A stretch of DNA of 64,000 nucleotides from Mobula hypostoma. Its lineage: Eukaryota. Shown here one piece after another: positions 61,160 through 64,000 of this stretch. The DNA lies in assembly GCF_963921235.1 (NCBI RefSeq), contig NC_086109.1, positions 17,920,001 to 17,984,000 on the forward strand. The letters are read 5' to 3'. The number at the start of each line of letters is the position of its first letter. Position 1 is the stretch's first letter. A program made the translations under genes and the position numbers. The notes under the pieces were generated by a model that was not told the DNA's origin, did not search any database, and saw nothing but the letters and a program-made list of their open reading frames with translations.

Positions 61160-63378
61160 CCAGGAACTACAACACAAAAACAGGCCCTTCAGCCCATCTA
61201 GTCCATGCCAAACTATTACTCTGCCCTGGTCCCATCGACCAGCACCTGGAGCATAGCATTCCATACCCTTCTCATCCATGTACTTATTCAAACTTCTGTT
61301 AAGTATTGAAATCAAGCCTGCACTCACCACTTCTGGTGGTAGCTCTTTTCACACTCTCACCACCCACTGAGTGAAGTTCTTCCTCATGTTCCTCTTAAAA
61401 AATTCAACTTTCACCCTTAACTCATGACCTCTAGTTCTAGTCTCATAGAACCAAACACTTTACACCAATGACTTATTTCTGCTGATGTGGTCCCTTTTGT
61501 AATGAAAAAATTGTCAATTAATTTGGATACAATAGGGTCTTTTAAGAGCCTGTTAGACAGGTACATGGAGCTTAGGAAAATGGAGGGCGATGCAGTAGGG
61601 AAATTCTAGGCGGTCTCTAGAGTAGGTTACATGGTTGGCACAACACTGTGGGCCGAAGGACCTGTAATGTGCTGTAAATTTCTATGTTCTATGTTCTAAT
61701 TAGTTCATGACAAGAACCCATAAATAATTAGTTTTTTAAAATTTTGTGCATTAGTGAGGGGGCGGGGGGAGATGGGAGGATCTCCCTGCTCTTCACATAT
61801 TACCATCATTGGTAGTGGCATTATCTGATTCTTGTCATATGTGGAATGCACTGCCAACGAAGGTGGTAGATACAGGTGCAAAAAGGTCTTTTACAAAGCT
61901 CTTAGATATGTACACAGTGCTGAGAGAAATAGTGGGCTATGCGGTAAGGAAATTCAGGGCAGCTTCTAGAGTAGGGTTACATGGTTGGCACAACATTGTG
62001 GGCTGAAGGGCCTGTATTGTGCTCTAGATTTTTTATGTTCTATGTACTGAGATACAGTGAAAGGCTTGTCATGCATGCTGTTCATACAGATCAAATCGTG
62101 ACACAATGCATTGAGCTAGAACAAGGTAAAATAATAACAATGCAGAATAAAGTGTAAAAGCCAGACAGCAAGCGCAGTGCAAGAAAACAATAAAGTGCAG
62201 ATCATAATGAGGTAGATTGTGAGGTGAAAAGTCCATCTTATCATACAAAATGTCCGTTGAAGGGTCTGGTAACAGTGGGATAGAATCTGTCCTTGAACCT
62301 GGTGGAACATGCTTTTGTATCTTCTGTCCAGTGGGAGAGTGGAGAAGAGAGAATGACCGGGGTGGTGGGATAGACAGGTCAACATCTCATCTGAAAATCC
62401 ACACTCCAGCTGCTACAATATTCACGGTGCTTCACTAGGAGTGGCTGCCTGAATTCTCTGGGTCTTGAACCCAGAAAGAGAAATTAACTCCCTCCTCTGT
62501 AAAAGTTAACACAAGGCAACAGTTTTCAGAGAAGCTGCTTAAAACTTGTGACAATAGCTGCCGGGATCTGGAGCAAAAAAAGTGTACTGCTGGAGGAACT
62601 CAAAGGGTCAGACTGTCAACGTTTCATGTTGAGACCCTTTATTGGGATTGAGAGAGTAGAACAGAGGTATCCTGTGTAAAGAAGTGAGGGAGACGGGCAG
62701 GGAAGGAGCTGACATGTGAAAGGTGGATATTGTTGTGTTCATCCATCGTCGACGTCGATGAGGACCTCGACATCACTTGATGGTGTCGAGACTAGCGCGT
62801 GATTTGGATTTAAGTGAGGGAGAGTTGCGCAGCGTCAACTAGCTTGGCATTAACTCAAGTATTTTTTGACTTACCGCATATTCTTTCACTCCCGTTTTCA
62901 TGCACAATGCACCTCTTAGCTCAATAAATCCAAAAATAACCAACTGAATGGCCAGCACAGAGGAAAAACATTTAATGATAGTTACACAGAGTAGAGTCAT
63001 ACTTACAACCTACACAATAATTGAGGGACATTCTTTCTCACTAAGCTCACTATGAAACCTTGCTTATCTCTGGAGTTGTCCACCTGCATGTTCCAAGAAA
63101 TTAAAAGTGAATTAATTTCCATAATGCTACCATGAGCAAAACTCAGGAGAAAATTGGTAAGGGCAATAGAATGCCGTTCCTATTATCCTCAAAGTTTTTT
63201 TTTCTGTTACTAATTGCAAGAGATATTAAAAATATAATGCAAAGGAAGACATCTGCACTTGCAGGCAAAATGAATCCATCTAGGTAAAAAACAATGTAAC
63301 ATTCTAGAGTAGGTTACATGGTCAGCACAACATTGTGGGCTGAAGGGCCTGTAATGTGCTGTAAATTTCTATGTTCTA
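61160..63378. mobile_element. Cluster of CR1 3'-UTR fragments (about 61160-61445 minus; 61533-61697, 61840-62045, 63303-63378 plus), a Rex/Babar tail (about 62045-62360 minus) and pLTR/RTE-type bits (about 62575-62837)
   Basis: Repeated CTAGAGTAGGTTACATGGT...GAAGGGCCTGTAATGTGCTG...(TTCTATG)n; LSTLPLDRRYKS on minus. Confidence 0.7.
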
Positions 63379-64000
63379 TTGTAACAGCGACTGTCAGTCT
63401 CCCCTTTTGCTGTGAAATGGGTGATATCTCTCTGTCCCTTGTTAGTGAGAGAGAGCGAGCCTGTGGCATGTTGAACAGCTGGGTAAACAATGGTTCTTGT
63501 GGACTGCAGATCATAGTCTCTCTTTGGGGGCTTTGGTGTTGCCCGGCAGGTAGTGGGCCCTCGCACTTTCTGCTGAAGTGGGAGGGGGGTGAAGGGGGAG
63601 GTTGACGCTTTGTGGCTGCTTGTGCGGGAGAGGAGGAGAGGGGGCTTAGGGAATCTTAAGTTTTTCTGTCTTTCATTCTTTTGGGGTTCTGTTTTTCATG
63701 GATGTCTGCGAAGCGTATGAATTTCAGGTTGTATACTGTATATATTCTCTAATAATAAATGGATTTATTTGAATTAATGCCTGTTCTCCATTCTATAGGT
63801 TGTGGGAAGGTAATATGCCAGCTGAATGCATCATTGGTGGCTTTGAGGAACAGAACAGTTTGAGGTGGTGAGTTCAGGAATAGGTCCAGTAAAAGCTGAC
63901 AACCCTGCGTGTACCTCATACAAGAAAATTTCTGGTCACTGCTCTGACCCATCCCACACAGAAAAGAAAGGGAAAGATTGTTCTCTGTATCAAGTTCAGT

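Overview
Non-coding, repeat-dense vertebrate genomic DNA. The repeat complement (CR1, Rex1/Babar, V-SINE/HE1-type and Deu-domain SINEs, Penelope-like elements) suggests a cartilaginous fish, probably a ray; this is an inference. No intact host protein-coding exon could be identified, and most of the ORF track is transposon debris or microsatellite. The non-repeat signal is a CpG-rich, TATA-containing minus-strand promoter/first exon (~15.5-17 kb), several other candidate minus-strand splice donors, and a pre-miRNA-like hairpin at 1.4 kb. Most notable: (1) a young, TSD-flanked, RTE-type non-autonomous retroelement (41183-41706) carrying a 178-bp piece of the host gene CYHR1/ZFTRAF1 in precisely circularly permuted order, as expected if a small circle had been captured; (2) minimal type-I hammerhead ribozyme motifs in the Penelope-like terminal repeats, including a perfect 74-bp inverted-repeat insertion with a 14-bp TSD; (3) a three-TIR Tc1 derivative family and a deleted Harbinger with subterminal repeats.
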